Of a DNA stretch of 62,391 bases, positions 38,378-50,452 are shown in pieces. A program made the position numbers and the translations under genes. This stretch comes from an uncultured virus (IMG/VR IMGVR_UViG_2061766007_001805) (Duplodnaviria; Heunggongvirae; Uroviricota; Caudoviricetes). Under the pieces are notes generated by a model. The model saw only the letters and a program-made list of their open reading frames with translations. It was not told where the DNA came from and did no database searches. The stretch lies in the IMG/VR virus record IMGVR_UViG_2061766007_001805. The stretch is one strand, 5' to 3'. Within the stretch, counting starts at the first letter, position 1. Every line of letters begins with the position of its first letter.

Positions 38378-39121
38378 TTAAAAACTAAGAGGTTTAAGTG
38401 GCACATCTCTGTCAATTAACTTATATGGCACTTTTACTCCTTCTCCGAAGAAATGACAGAAAACAGATTTGTAGAAATATTTCTTATGATATTCACTTAG
38501 TTCCTTAGATGAAAATATTACAGTTCCACGATGATATTTAGTCTCGGAAAAAAAACTTATATAATTAGATTCAATCGAAAATTCTAATTGTACATAATAA
38601 TCCTTATCTGTGATGGGTTTAAAACTCATCTAATCAATTTGTTTACCAATCTTGTATAGATTAAGCATAGTGTATAGAAAACGGAATGTCCTCTTATAAT
38701 TATTAAACTTAGGATAATTGACATACACTTGAATGTAAAAGCGATTATATGTGTCGTTTATGAATTCTTCTTCTTCACATTCATCACAAAAAAACTGATA
38801 GTCTCCGAATTTAACTAAAGTGTCACATTCTTCCGCATCATAATTTAATGTAAGTATATACTATGAATGCTCAATACCATAGTATTCGAATATGGTATCA
38901 AGTCTCTTGAATATTCTTGGTAATAGTGACGTTTGAATAAATGTTGTATTCTTATCTGTACTATCATCAATATATATTCTAATTTTTATCTCTTGATTAT
39001 ATTGTTTAGGTAACTTCTGAACATCTTCTAATGTCAGTTCATGTTTTGGTTTCTCAACATCATCTATGATGTCTTCATCCTTTATCTCCAAGTCATCAAA
39101 GTAATCTTCGTTCAGTATCAT
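38378..39121 (-). CDS. MILNE-family paralog, subfamily B, 247 aa (code 15)
   Basis: Frame open apart from TAGs at 38630 and 38861. Confidence 0.85.
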
Positions 39122-39221
39122 CAGTACAGAATGTATAGTTTATGTATTTATTGCAGGCAATGATGTTGGAGTGCCGGGTATCATCAGCAGTTATATCGTT
39201 CTGTAGCAGAATGATATGTTA

Positions 39222-39989
39222 TTAAAATCTAAGAGGTTTGATATGAACATCTCTGTCAATTGCTCCATAATCTATATTCTTTACTTTCTTCTCTCCGAAG
39301 AAATGACGGAAAACAGAGTTGTAGAAATATCTCTTATCTTCTTCTGTTAGTTTATTACCTAAATTTATTTCTGGTCCATATCCACATGCTTTTGTATTAT
39401 AGTAATAAAATCCTATATGTTTTGATTTAATCCAAAAATTTAATTCTATAACATAATCATTAGTTGTGTTTAGATTAAAACTCATCCTGTTAATTAGTTT
39501 ACTATTCTTATATAAATTAAGCATAGTGTATAGAAAACGGAATATTCTCTTATAAGTAAACTCAGGATAATTGACAAACACATTGATGTAGAAGAAAATA
39601 TATCTGTTGTTTGTGTATTTGTCTTTTAAATATTCTTCACAGAATAACTGATATTCTCCGAATTTGACTACAGTGTTACAATTTTCCATACAACGTGATG
39701 ATACAAGTACATACTATGAATGTTCAATACCATAGTATTCGAATATGGTATCGAGTCTCTTGAATAGTCTTGGTAATACTGATGTTTGAATAAATGTTGT
39801 GTCACTATCCGTATTATCATCAGCCTCTATCTGAAATCTTATTAAATTATTATATTGTTCAGGTAACTTATGGAATTCATCTAATGTCAGTTCATGTTTT
39901 GGTTCATCAACATCAGGCATTGTATCATCAGACAGAATATCTTCATCTGTTAGCTCTAAGTCCTTGAAATAGTCCTCGTTTATTATCAT
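39222..39989 (-). CDS. MILNE-family paralog, subfamily B, 255 aa (code 15)
   Basis: One TAG at 39714. Confidence 0.85.
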
Positions 39990-40226
39990 TATTACGGAAA
40001 TTCATTTATGTATTTATCAGGAATGATGTTGGAATACCACTATCATAAGCAGTTATATAGTTCTGCAGCAGAACGACAGATTAATTAAATAAAGCAGTTC
40101 CTGCTGATGAAACAGGTGTGTTTTTAGGAGTTTAGCACGGACTGCTGTCTGGTGTCATCATAAAAAAGTAGGTTTATCTTGGACTACTAACATCATTATA
40201 TTGTTCTGCTGCATAATGATATGTTA

Positions 40227-40961
40227 TTAAAATCTAAGAGGTTTGAACGGAACATCCCTTTCTAATGCATCATATGGTACTTTTACACTATCTCCGAAGA
40301 AATGACGGAAAACATATTTATAGATTTCTCTCTTATCTTTTTCTGTTAGTTCTATATCTAAAAATATATTAGTTTCACTTTGTCCTGTTCTTAAATTATA
40401 GTAATTAAAATGTATATGATTTATAAAATGCCCAAATTGTAATAAATCAGTTGTGAATGCTTCAAATCTCATCCAGGTAATTTGTTTATAATACTTATAT
40501 AAATTAAGCACTGTATATACAAAGCGGAATGCTCTCTTATAACTAAACTTGGAGTAATTGACATACACATAGATATAGAAGTAACTATATCTGTCATCTT
40601 TCTTGTATTCTGCACAGAATAACTGATAGTTCCCGAATTTGACTACAGTGTTACAATCTTTCACATAATACGCTGATGTGAGTATATATTCAGAATGTTC
40701 AATGCCATATAATTCGAATATGGCATCAAGTCTCTTGAATAGTTTCGGTATTAGTGTTGTTTGAAATAATTTTGTTGTATCAGGATTTTCACAATCATTA
40801 GCTATCTGAAACTATATACAATGTTCATATTGTTTAGGTAACTCCTTTGCTTCTTCTAATGTCAGCCTATGCTCAGGTTCTCCAACATCATTAATATCAT
40901 CTTCTATGATATCCTCGTCTTTTATCTCTAAATCATCGAAGTAATCCTCGTTCAGTATCAT
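40227..40961 (-). CDS. MILNE-family paralog, subfamily B, 244 aa (code 15)
   Basis: MILNEDYF start in frame; one TAG. Confidence 0.85.
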
Positions 40962-41070
40962 CTGTATATGGATAAATCAATTTCATTATTTATTTAGTTA
41001 ACGATGATATACAGTGCCTTGTGAACAGAGTTGTTTTGTTATGAAATATAATAATATCTGACATCATTCA

Positions 41071-41225
41071 TTTGTTAAAGTTTCCTAATAATTCAATAGA
41101 AATTTTGCAGTTTAGAAAATTTCATATACCTTTGCACTCAGAGAAATATCAATTACTTTTTGTGTTATATACATTTTCAAACATCAAATTAGCACTCTTG
41201 CGTGAGCAACGGTGCTATTTTTTTA
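41071..41225 (+). ncRNA. Small-RNA-like cassette (same family as 16209-16682)
   Basis: TACCTTTG at 41127; conserved hairpin 41190-41224. Confidence 0.55.
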
Positions 41226-41359
41226 TTGGACTAACAGACATCATTTGTTATGTTAAAGTTTCCTAATAATTCAACAGAAATTTTGCAGTTTATAAAATTT
41301 CATATATCTTTGCAGTAGAAATAACAAACAAGAAGTTTAATGCTAAAAAAGAACTTACT

Positions 41360-42112
41360 ATGACAACTAAAAGGAAATTCAAGACAGCATTGGAGTTCAT
41401 CGAGTTCTGTCATGAGAACTATACTGACAAGATTGAGATTTCTACTCCGTGCCCGGCAGACAAATTAGTCAAGCCACATGCAATGAAGAAACTCATCGGT
41501 GAAATCAAGAAGGTCTTCAACAAGTACGGCATAGACAACTTCGAAGTGGTAATCAGGCAAGATTCGGACAACTACGACTATGACCACCATACCATTGAAT
41601 ATCATGGTAGAACCATAACCGACTACAAGTTGTTCGACTACGGATTCTACAAGCATCTGTCATCAGAAGACCCAGAGAATATCCAGAAAGAATACCTTGA
41701 AGAAGATAATACTACAGCATGGGGTTACATAAACGTGTGCTTCAATATGCCTAAGCTCAACAAGCAGGACGGTTTCATGTTCATGTTCCGTCTGATGAAG
41801 GCAGTATATGGAAGGTCTAATGCCTACAATATCAACAGAATGGAGTTGAGTGACCTGAATGATTATTTCTGCGGAACCGGTTTCGAGCATATAAAGAAAA
41901 TGCAAATCCATGACTACTGTGCGGAAACTACACGTAAATTCTATGATGAAGCATGCCGGAAGGACTTCAACTACTTCATGGACACGCTGAAGGCAAAAGA
42001 AGAGCCTTGGCTATATCACGAGATTCACGGATGCACTTGTAAACGTGACATCAGGGGTCCTGAATACCTCAAGTACATAGGCACTGCCTCGTTTAAATAT
42101 CCGCCGTTCTGA
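41360..42112 (+). CDS. Divergent family member, 250 aa, without the acidic leader, behind a host-type promoter
   Basis: Core similarity (KKVFNKYGID, INVCFNMPKL..GFMFM..LMKAVY); TATCTTTG at 41305; no TAG; terminator ~42137-42168. Confidence 0.8.
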   Translation: MTTKRKFKTALEFIEFCHENYTDKIEISTPCPADKLVKPHAMKKLIGEIKKVFNKYGIDNFEVVIRQDSDNYDYDHHTIEYHGRTITDYKLFDYGFYKHLSSEDPENIQKEYLEEDNTTAWGYINVCFNMPKLNKQDGFMFMFRLMKAVYGRSNAYNINRMELSDLNDYFCGTGFEHIKKMQIHDYCAETTRKFYDEACRKDFNYFMDTLKAKEEPWLYHEIHGCTCKRDIRGPEYLKYIGTASFKYPPF

Positions 42113-42266
42113 TGATTTGGAAATAGCAATAATAAGGTTCCGTATTTATTATAATGCGGAACTTTTTTGTATTAGCAGTAGAATAACGACAGGTTCTCCA
42201 ACAAAAAGAGCACTATCTGTTGCAGACAGTGCTCTCTTTAATTTAATATTTGGTTTTTGAAAAACC

Positions 42267-43031
42267 TTATTTTTTCTTCAATAATAAGAAAGGGTCGTTG
42301 CCGTTTAATATCTCAGTGTACAGATATGGAACCGTATTAAAGTCGTCAGTAGTATTATTAAATGCATATATAGCATTTTTGAAGAAGGTCTTATAAGGCT
42401 AAGTATTCCTGATTAAGTCATTCCTATGCTGTCTCTATATAGACAATGAAATCTCTTTGTTTCCGTATGTATATGAGTACAGATCTGCAAAATTCATCAA
42501 ATCACACGGGCTGGTAGTAATTTTCAGGTTGTCGAATACAGTGGAACTTTCTGTTCTCCATAATGCATTTTGAAGTCTGTCTACAAAGTAATATGATTCC
42601 TTATATGTGAAATGCGGCATATTGCAGTAGAAGATTATATATGCATTGTCTAATGAATCTACATTAAAAAACCTCCAGTCTTCATACTTGGAGAGTACAT
42701 TACAACTCCCTACTTCATAACTATACATTATGTGTGAGCCTCTGCATCCTGAGAGGTCGCGAAAAACAACTTCATGTTCCACACTGTATGCATCAAGCAG
42801 CCGATTTACTCTGTTCACCATATCTGGAATCGTCTGCTTCCATAAAACAGTGTCGTGAAACAGATTGTTAAAGAAATCGGTAACGACAATTATACATCGG
42901 GAGTAGTGTGTCGAGAGATACTTCTGATATGTTTTGAAGTCTACGGGTTCTTCAACATCAAGATTATTATCTTCTATGATGTCTTTATCTTCTATTTCTA
43001 AGTCCTTGAAATAATCTTCATTAATAAGCAT
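42267..43031 (-). CDS. MILNE-family paralog, subfamily C, 254 aa (code 15)
   Basis: TAGs read through to PYKTFFKNA...NDPF..TAA. Confidence 0.85.
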
Positions 43032-43200
43032 AATTATGGAATGCATAGTTTAAGTATTTATTTCCTGAGAGGCAATGATGTTGGACTGCCACTATCATCA
43101 GCGGTTATATTGTTCTGCAACGAAACGATAGGTTATCTTCGGTTTCTTGAAGAATATGATGTTGATGATTTATTTTTGAGATTAGTTCAAGTTCACAATA

Positions 43201-43956
43201 TTATGGATAATTGCTCTTATCAAATGGATTATTCCCGTGCTTAATCATACGGTATAGTTTTTCGACATTCGCTTCATCTTGTTTTGTGTTATGGAAACTT
43301 AATATTGCTGCCTTGAAGAATGTCTTATACGGTTGCTTGTAGTGAATCACATCATCATTCTTTCCTCTGAGTAACTATCCACCGTGTAATATAATTGAAG
43401 AAGGTTCTTGTTCATAATAATATGAATTGAGATTACACGGTTTGATAGTGATCTTAAATAGACTGAATTCAATAGAGTCTTCTGTTTTCCACAGTGTGCT
43501 TTGTAGTCTGTCAATGAATTTGTATGATTCCTTATAAGTGAACTTAGGGAAGTTGCAGTAGATTATAATGTATATTCTGTTTATTATCTATGAATTGAAG
43601 AATCTCTGACTATTATATTGAGAGAACACATCATAGTTTTCCACTTTATGCTTATACATTGATTTCTCGTCTCCTGTGAGATCACGGAAAACAATTTCGT
43701 ATTCCACGTTATATATATCAAGCACACTGCTCACTCTGTTCAGCATATTCGGGATAGTATGGTTCCATATCTTCTTGTCATGGAAGAAATCTTTCTGAAA
43801 TGATGTTTCTATTACTATACAGCGTTGATAGTCTGACATAAGATGTCTATTATATGACTCAAAATCTGGATACTACTGCAGCACTTCAGCATCATTATCT
43901 GTTATGTCTTCATCTTCTATTTCTAAATCCTTGAAGTAATCTTCATTCAGTATCAT
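43201..43956 (-). CDS. MILNE-family paralog, subfamily C, 251 aa (code 15)
   Basis: Frame open apart from TAGs. Confidence 0.85.
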
Positions 43957-44059
43957 TATTATGGAAATTCATTTTAAGTATTTATTTCCTGAGAGGTAAT
44001 GATGTTGGAGTGCCACTATCATAAGTAGTTATATAATTCTGCAGCAGAACAATAGGTTA

Positions 44060-44827
44060 TTAGAATCCAAGCAGCTTAATAGGAACATCTCTTTCAAGTA
44101 ACTTATATGGCACTTTTACACTATCTCCGAAGAAATAACAGAAAACAGATTCATAGAATTCTCTCTTATCTTCTTCTGATAGTTCTTTTTCATCACATAA
44201 AGATATTTTACGTCCCAATTTTTCTGTTATTTTATCAATATTATCATAGTATTGAAATCTTATATCATTTGATTTCCGGTAAAACAAGAAATATAATGTT
44301 CTAACATAATCACCTAATGGTTCAAAAAGTATATAACGAATATGTCTGTCTATCCTGTATAGATTAGGAAATAATGTGTATAGAAAATGGAATGCTCTCT
44401 TATAAGTGAACTTGGGGTAATTGACATATGCATAAATGTATAGTTCCTTATATGTGTCGTTTATGAATTTGTCTTTCTCATAGTCTTCACAGAATAACTG
44501 ATAGTCTCCGAATTCGACTATGGTGTCACAGTCTTTCATACGCCCCCATGATGTGAGTACATATTCAGAATGCTCAATATCATAGAGTTCGAATATAGTG
44601 TCAAGTCTCTTGAATAGTCTCGGTATTAGTGATGTTTGGAAAAATGTCGTATCCCTATTAATTATTTTTTTTATTACAATCGCTATGCAATGATTATATT
44701 GTTCAGGTAGCTTCTTTGCTTCTTCTAATGTCAGTTTATGCTTTGGTTCATCAACATCATTAATATCATCTATGATGTGCTCATCCTTTATCTCTAAGTC
44801 ATTGAAGTAATCCTCATTTAAAATCAT
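44060..44827 (-). CDS. MILNE-family paralog, subfamily B, 255 aa
   Basis: Intact ORF. Confidence 0.9.
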   Translation of the reverse strand: MILNEDYFNDLEIKDEHIIDDINDVDEPKHKLTLEEAKKLPEQYNHCIAIVIKKIINRDTTFFQTSLIPRLFKRLDTIFELYDIEHSEYVLTSWGRMKDCDTIVEFGDYQLFCEDYEKDKFINDTYKELYIYAYVNYPKFTYKRAFHFLYTLFPNLYRIDRHIRYILFEPLGDYVRTLYFLFYRKSNDIRFQYYDNIDKITEKLGRKISLCDEKELSEEDKREFYESVFCYFFGDSVKVPYKLLERDVPIKLLGF

Positions 44828-45533
44828 TTTGAATGGAAATTCAGTTTATGTATTTATCAAGAATGATGTCGGATAGCCATTCTCATCAATAGTTATGTAG
44901 TTCTGCTGCAGAACGACAGTTATCTGAAAAGAAGATAGGAATGCTGACAGTGTTGATGAATATAATAAAAAGTCCCACATTATTTTAATAATATGGGACA
45001 CACATACATTTGGATGTACGTGAAAGCAAAAATGCTACGGCTTTACTGCCTTGTTGTGAATAGGAAACAAAAAATAAAGTTTATTTTAAACTCTATCTTC
45101 CTGATATATAATTTATTATATACAGAATGATGTCAGTGACATTGATTTGCAACCAGTTCACAACAATCTGACATGACGGATGGGCATCAGAGGGATGTTG
45201 TTGACCTGTTTTTGATTGGCTTTCTAAAAATTATAGAGAGAGAAATGAAAAAAGTCTGGCAAAACCGATATTCTTTAACATTCATTAACAATATCAAATT
45301 TCTAAATATTAAAGTAATCCTCTTTAAGTAACATTAATCCAGATTAATAATGGTTTATGTATTTATCAGGCAATGATAACGTTCTGCAGCAGAATGATAG
45401 GTTATCTCTTATCTGTGTTTTTAAGTTCTGTTAATAAGTATTGATGAGCTAATGTAGATTCTGAGTGTTTGGTATCATTATTTGATGGATATACCTTGAA
45501 ACATCAGTAATTACAAATGAAATTGTTTCCAGT

Positions 45534-46313
45534 TTATTTTAGAGTGAAATAGCCATACAGTTTATTGCGAGCTGTATCGTCATTTTTTAATTCTTCATAT
45601 ATGTCATTTTCATCTCTTTCCGGAAAGAATAACTTGATTGTCTGGATTATAGCATCGTCAGGCACTTTTAGTTTCATTACTCTCGATTCCGGATATATGA
45701 TAGGATTCCACAATTCCACATCACACTTGACTGTATTAATCCTGTCCACTGATACATCATAGTTCCATATCATAAATCTCTCATAGTCTGTTCCTACTGC
45801 AGCGTTGTGCCACAGGCATTTCATTATATTGCCGACAAGCCTGCACGGAGATGCATATGAACTGAACACAGGTGATTTGAAGAATATCAATACAAATATA
45901 TGATATCGGGTGGGTTCGTACATTTTCTTTACGGAATCATCCCTTGTTAACTGTTTGAAATATTTATGGAAATCTTTAAGTTTGCAATTCTTGACCGGTA
46001 ATAACATATCATTGAATGGCACAAAAGGACCGTCTGTTAAAACAGGTTCACTGTACTCTATTCCGTATATATCAAATATTGTCTTGAGTTTCTTGAGCAA
46101 ATGCGGAACTTGGTGGTCCCAAAGATAATCGTTCAGGAGAATGTCTTTTCTCTTTATTTCAATGAACAGGCATCGGTCATATACAGACTGTATCATACGA
46201 TACATATCTTCTATATTATTGAAAGTGCCTGAGAGTGCTATATCATTGTCCGGAGATATGATGTCGTCATCAGTAATTTCTATGTCATCAAAGTAGTTTT
46301 CATTCAGTATCAT
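45534..46313 (-). CDS. MILNE-family paralog, 259 aa
   Basis: Intact ORF. Confidence 0.9.
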   Translation of the reverse strand: MILNENYFDDIEITDDDIISPDNDIALSGTFNNIEDMYRMIQSVYDRCLFIEIKRKDILLNDYLWDHQVPHLLKKLKTIFDIYGIEYSEPVLTDGPFVPFNDMLLPVKNCKLKDFHKYFKQLTRDDSVKKMYEPTRYHIFVLIFFKSPVFSSYASPCRLVGNIMKCLWHNAAVGTDYERFMIWNYDVSVDRINTVKCDVELWNPIIYPESRVMKLKVPDDAIIQTIKLFFPERDENDIYEELKNDDTARNKLYGYFTLK

Positions 46314-46457
46314 CTGTGTATGGATAAATCGGTTTCATTATTTATTCTTCTGGAGCATGATGTCCGGTACTTCAACATCATCTCACTTGAGTAAGTATCA
46401 TCAAGTTGTTCTGTAGTGAAACAAGTAGTTTTTTGTCTGGACTGCCAACATAACCTG

Positions 46458-47180
46458 TCACTACTATTCATTCTTCAACTTAAACATCTCTTTTAGTTTG
46501 TTAAACATATCGGCATCTATGCTTTCCATGTCTTCATCTGGAAAGAACATGGTGATTATGTTAAATATATGGTGTATTGATATTTTCAGTCCGGGATAAA
46601 AGATAGGGTTGTACACGTTAAGCAAGTTGAATTCTTTGGAGTTTATTCTCTGTATGAAGAATGCCCTGAAGTATTTATGACTGCTATTGTTCCACAGACA
46701 TTTCATTATATTGCTGACGAACTTACATCCGGCAATATATTTCCGTACACTTGGTAGGTTGAAGTAAATGACAAGGTAGATAGAGCATCGCGGTATCATG
46801 TCATTGAGACCGATGACTTCTTCTATGGTCTTGTACCTGGAAATCAGTGTATAACCGTGTATATCTATAGCTGTACAATCCTTGTAATTGTTGAGATATG
46901 TGATTGTCTGGACTTGCAGTACAGGTTCTGAATATTCTACTCCGTATGCATCGAATATGTACTGTAGTTTCTTGAGCATATGCGGAATTTGATTGTCCCA
47001 TATTTCATTATCCCTTATGATGTCTTGTTTCTCTATCTTTATAGTCAGGCAATGTGAATAGGTTGATGTCATTTGATTGAACAACTGTTCCGGGTTGACG
47101 TGAGAGTTATACGGAAAATCATTCTCTGAATCAACTATGTCATCATTCATATCTTTGAAGAAGTCTTCGTTCAGTATCAT
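46458..47180 (-). CDS. MILNE-family paralog, 240 aa (ends TAG TAG TGA)
   Basis: Intact ORF. Confidence 0.9.
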
Positions 47181-47391
47181 CTGTATATGGATAAATCGGT
47201 TTCATTATTTATTCTCTTGTATGATGACAGGCAAGTCCAGATCATGCATACATGAATAAAAAACATCAGTTAATTGCGGATGTGAACAGAAGCTGGTTCG
47301 GTAGTCCGTTAGTCCAGTAGTCCGGTGTTTCAATGATATTGTTCTGTAATGAAACAAGTGGTTATCTTATCTGAACTGCCAACATAACCTG

Positions 47392-48129
47392 TCACTATTC
47401 ATTCTTCAACTTAAACATCTTTTTTAGTTTGTCGAACATATCGGTATCTATGCTTTCCTTGTCTTTATCAGGAAAGAACAAGGTCATTATGTTAAACATC
47501 TGACTCATTGATATTCTCAGTCCTGGATATAAGATAGGGTTGTACACGTTAACCGTGCAGATTGCTTTGTAATCTGCTCTCTGTTTGAAGAATGCCGTGA
47601 ACTGTATAAAGAATGCCGTGAAGTATTCATGACTGCTATTGTTCCACATACATTTCATTATATTGCTGATGAACTTGCATCCGGCAACAAATGTCCGTAC
47701 ATTCGGCAGGTTAAAGTACATGACAAGTAAGATAGATTGTCGCGGTGTTATGTCATCAATGCTGATGACTTCTTCTATGGTCTTGTACTTGGAGATTAAT
47801 GTATATCCATGGATGTCTATGGATGTACATTCTTTGTAATTGAGATATGTGATTGTCTGGACTTGCAGTACGGGTTCCGAGTATTCTACTCCGTATGTGT
47901 CGAATATGTATTTGAGCTTCTTAACCAAATGCGGAATTTGATTGTTCCATATCTCATCATCCCTTATAATATCATGTTTCTCTATCTTTATGGTCAGACA
48001 ATGCGAATAGGTTGATGTCATTTGATTGAACAACTATTCCGGGTTGATGTGAGAGTTGTCCGGAAAATCATTCTCAGAATTCACTATGTCATCACTCAAG
48101 TCTTTGAAGAAGTCTTCGTTCAGTATCAT
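47392..48129 (-). CDS. MILNE-family paralog, 245 aa (code 15), recent duplicate of 46458-47180
   Basis: TAG at 48034 aligns with CAG (PEQLF) in its neighbour. Confidence 0.88.
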
Positions 48130-48400
48130 CTGTATATGGATAAATCGGTTTCATTATTTATTCTTCTGGAATATGAAAAGCAGTAATCTGCCATAACTGT
48201 GTGACAGGTTAAAAAACAGCAGTTTATTGCGGATTGGAAAAGAAGCCGGTTTGGTAGTCCAGTAGTCCGGCAGTCCGGTAGTCCGGTGCTTCAACCACAT
48301 CTCTTGATAGTGTTCCGATGATATTGTTCTGTAGTGAAACAAGTGGTTAGAGAATCTCTGACCTGAGAATAAATAAGGAAACCATAATATCTATATACAG

Positions 48401-49162
48401 ATGCTATTAAAGGAAAACTACTTTGATGACATAGAAATCACTGATGATGACATTAAAACTCAGGACAGTCACATAGAGAGTCCGGAGAGTTCAATTACCG
48501 GCACATATGCTAATCCACAAGAGTGGTTTAATGATATGAAGAGTAAGTATTCTCATATCATGGTAATAGTCTTGCAGAAAGATGAAATCATGTCACAAAC
48601 CGATTTATGGGAAACCAAAATACCCGGTATGTTCAAAAGACTCAAATACATATTCAATGCATACGGAGTAGAATATTCGGAACCGGTAATACAGGACACA
48701 TGGCAGGACTATTTATAGAGTAAATACAGACATTGCAAATACTTCGACTGGTACGGCTATAAGTTGATTTCAGTGTTCGATAGCATTTCCATGATTAATA
48801 TGAAGCACTTTAACGTCGGCATATCCAACTTATGTGTGGTACTGTATTTCAATAAGCCGGATAATTATACATACACAAGAGCGTGCAAGTTCATTAGAGA
48901 CATCAAGAATTATTTCTGGAAAGATGACTTATACAGAAATATTATTATAAACAATACGATAAACTTCGACTCATACAAAGTAAAATACGGACTGAAGTTG
49001 AGGAATCCGGCTTATTACACTATTAATAATTCACCAAGCGGTAGAATTAGCCAGATGTTTGATATAATCAGATACTTCTTCCCTGGAACAGACGAAGATG
49101 AACTTTTACAGGAATTATAGAATAACTACGATCTTGTCGAGAAAATCTCCAAGTATGTCTGA
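48401..49162 (+). CDS. MILNE-family paralog, 253 aa (code 15)
   Basis: 2 TAG; TGA at 49160. Confidence 0.85.
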
Positions 49163-49386
49163 ACAGTCTCAATCACGGTATGGCAAGACTATGTGTCAGA
49201 ACAACCAGCATTAAGTCGGTTACTGTTAGGTATCATCAAGTTGTTTTGCAGCAAAACTATTGGACTGCCAGACATCATCTGCATAATATAAAAATAGAGC
49301 ACTATCCTCACGGACCGTGCTCTCTAATAGTTAAGATAGAAATATAAACATCTTTATAAATTAAACTGCTGTTTTCTCATTTGGTT

Positions 49387-50118
49387 TTAAAATAATAATA
49401 TGCTTTTCGATAACTTCTTGTACAGTTTTTTATCATTATCAACTTCGTACTTTAATATCTCTTTGTCTTTTTCCGGAAAGAACATATGGAGTGTGTCGAA
49501 TATTTTCATTTTTATAGTTCTTCTGTCTGATGTTGCTTCATGTATAGTAAGACGGTTTATTCGAACATCCGGTTGTATGGATTTCTTGCTAATGTTCCGT
49601 ATATAGAACTGGATAAAGTAATTGTTATAACCGTTGTTGGACCAAATGCATTTTGTAATATTCCTGATGAAATTGCAGGCTGCGGTATATGAATGTGCTT
49701 TCGGAAGATTGAAATATATAAAAATGAACATGTACTCATAATTTTTCAGTTCTTCCTGAGTGATCATTTTGAATCCGTGATAGTCAAGGAAATAAGATTT
49801 TCTGTATTTTTCCAAAATGTTATCAACTGCGTAGTGATAATAATCATCCTCATCCTGGAATACCGGCTCAGAATGCTCGATACCGTACATGTCGAACATA
49901 TACCGGAGTTTCTTGAAGACATTCGGGACTTTAACACTAAGTGTGTCCAGTTCAGTCAGTTCGCATACGGATATTTCCAAACAATGAGTGTATTTGGATT
50001 TCATATCTATGTACCATTCTTCTGGACTGTGATACTCATCACCGGCAATGCCGTCTGAAGTTTCGATGTCTTCATCAGTCAGTTTCAAATCATCAAAGTA
50101 GTCTTCGTTTAATCTCAT
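49387..50118 (-). CDS. MILNE-family paralog, 243 aa
   Basis: Intact ORF. Confidence 0.9.
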   Translation of the reverse strand: MRLNEDYFDDLKLTDEDIETSDGIAGDEYHSPEEWYIDMKSKYTHCLEISVCELTELDTLSVKVPNVFKKLRYMFDMYGIEHSEPVFQDEDDYYHYAVDNILEKYRKSYFLDYHGFKMITQEELKNYEYMFIFIYFNLPKAHSYTAACNFIRNITKCIWSNNGYNNYFIQFYIRNISKKSIQPDVRINRLTIHEATSDRRTIKMKIFDTLHMFFPEKDKEILKYEVDNDKKLYKKLSKSILLF

Positions 50119-50234
50119 CTGTATATGGATAAATCAGTTTCATTATTTATTCTCTGGTAAGATGATGTTCGGTACTTCAAGCATCTCTTGAAAGTGATTT
50201 GATAATATTGTTCTGTAATGAAACTATTGGCTTG

Positions 50235-50452
50235 TCAGTTAAATAAACTTAAATAATTGTGTGAATTATTGTATTGTGGTTTATTATTCATACCTTTGTA
50301 TCAGCAAAAGCAACGAACCTCAGTCTATACACATCGGCTGATTAAGTCTAAGATACTGGAACTGATGCAGTTAAGTGTGGAATAAAGAAACTGGTTGGTG
50401 AAAGTTGCTGAATTGAATGTACTGTTATTCAATTATATAGTGATATATTGGA
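50235..50452 (+). promoter_or_regulatory. CRISPR leader with Bacteroidetes promoter (TACCTTTG at 50291); homologous leaders at ~52778-52998, 54681-54893 and 56303-56520
   Basis: Four alignable copies, each directly 5' of an array. Confidence 0.8.

Noticed and set aside
44940..45300. Possible ncRNA in an ORF-free gap with a hairpin at ~44968-45000
   Set aside because: Single copy with no recognisable motif; not enough support
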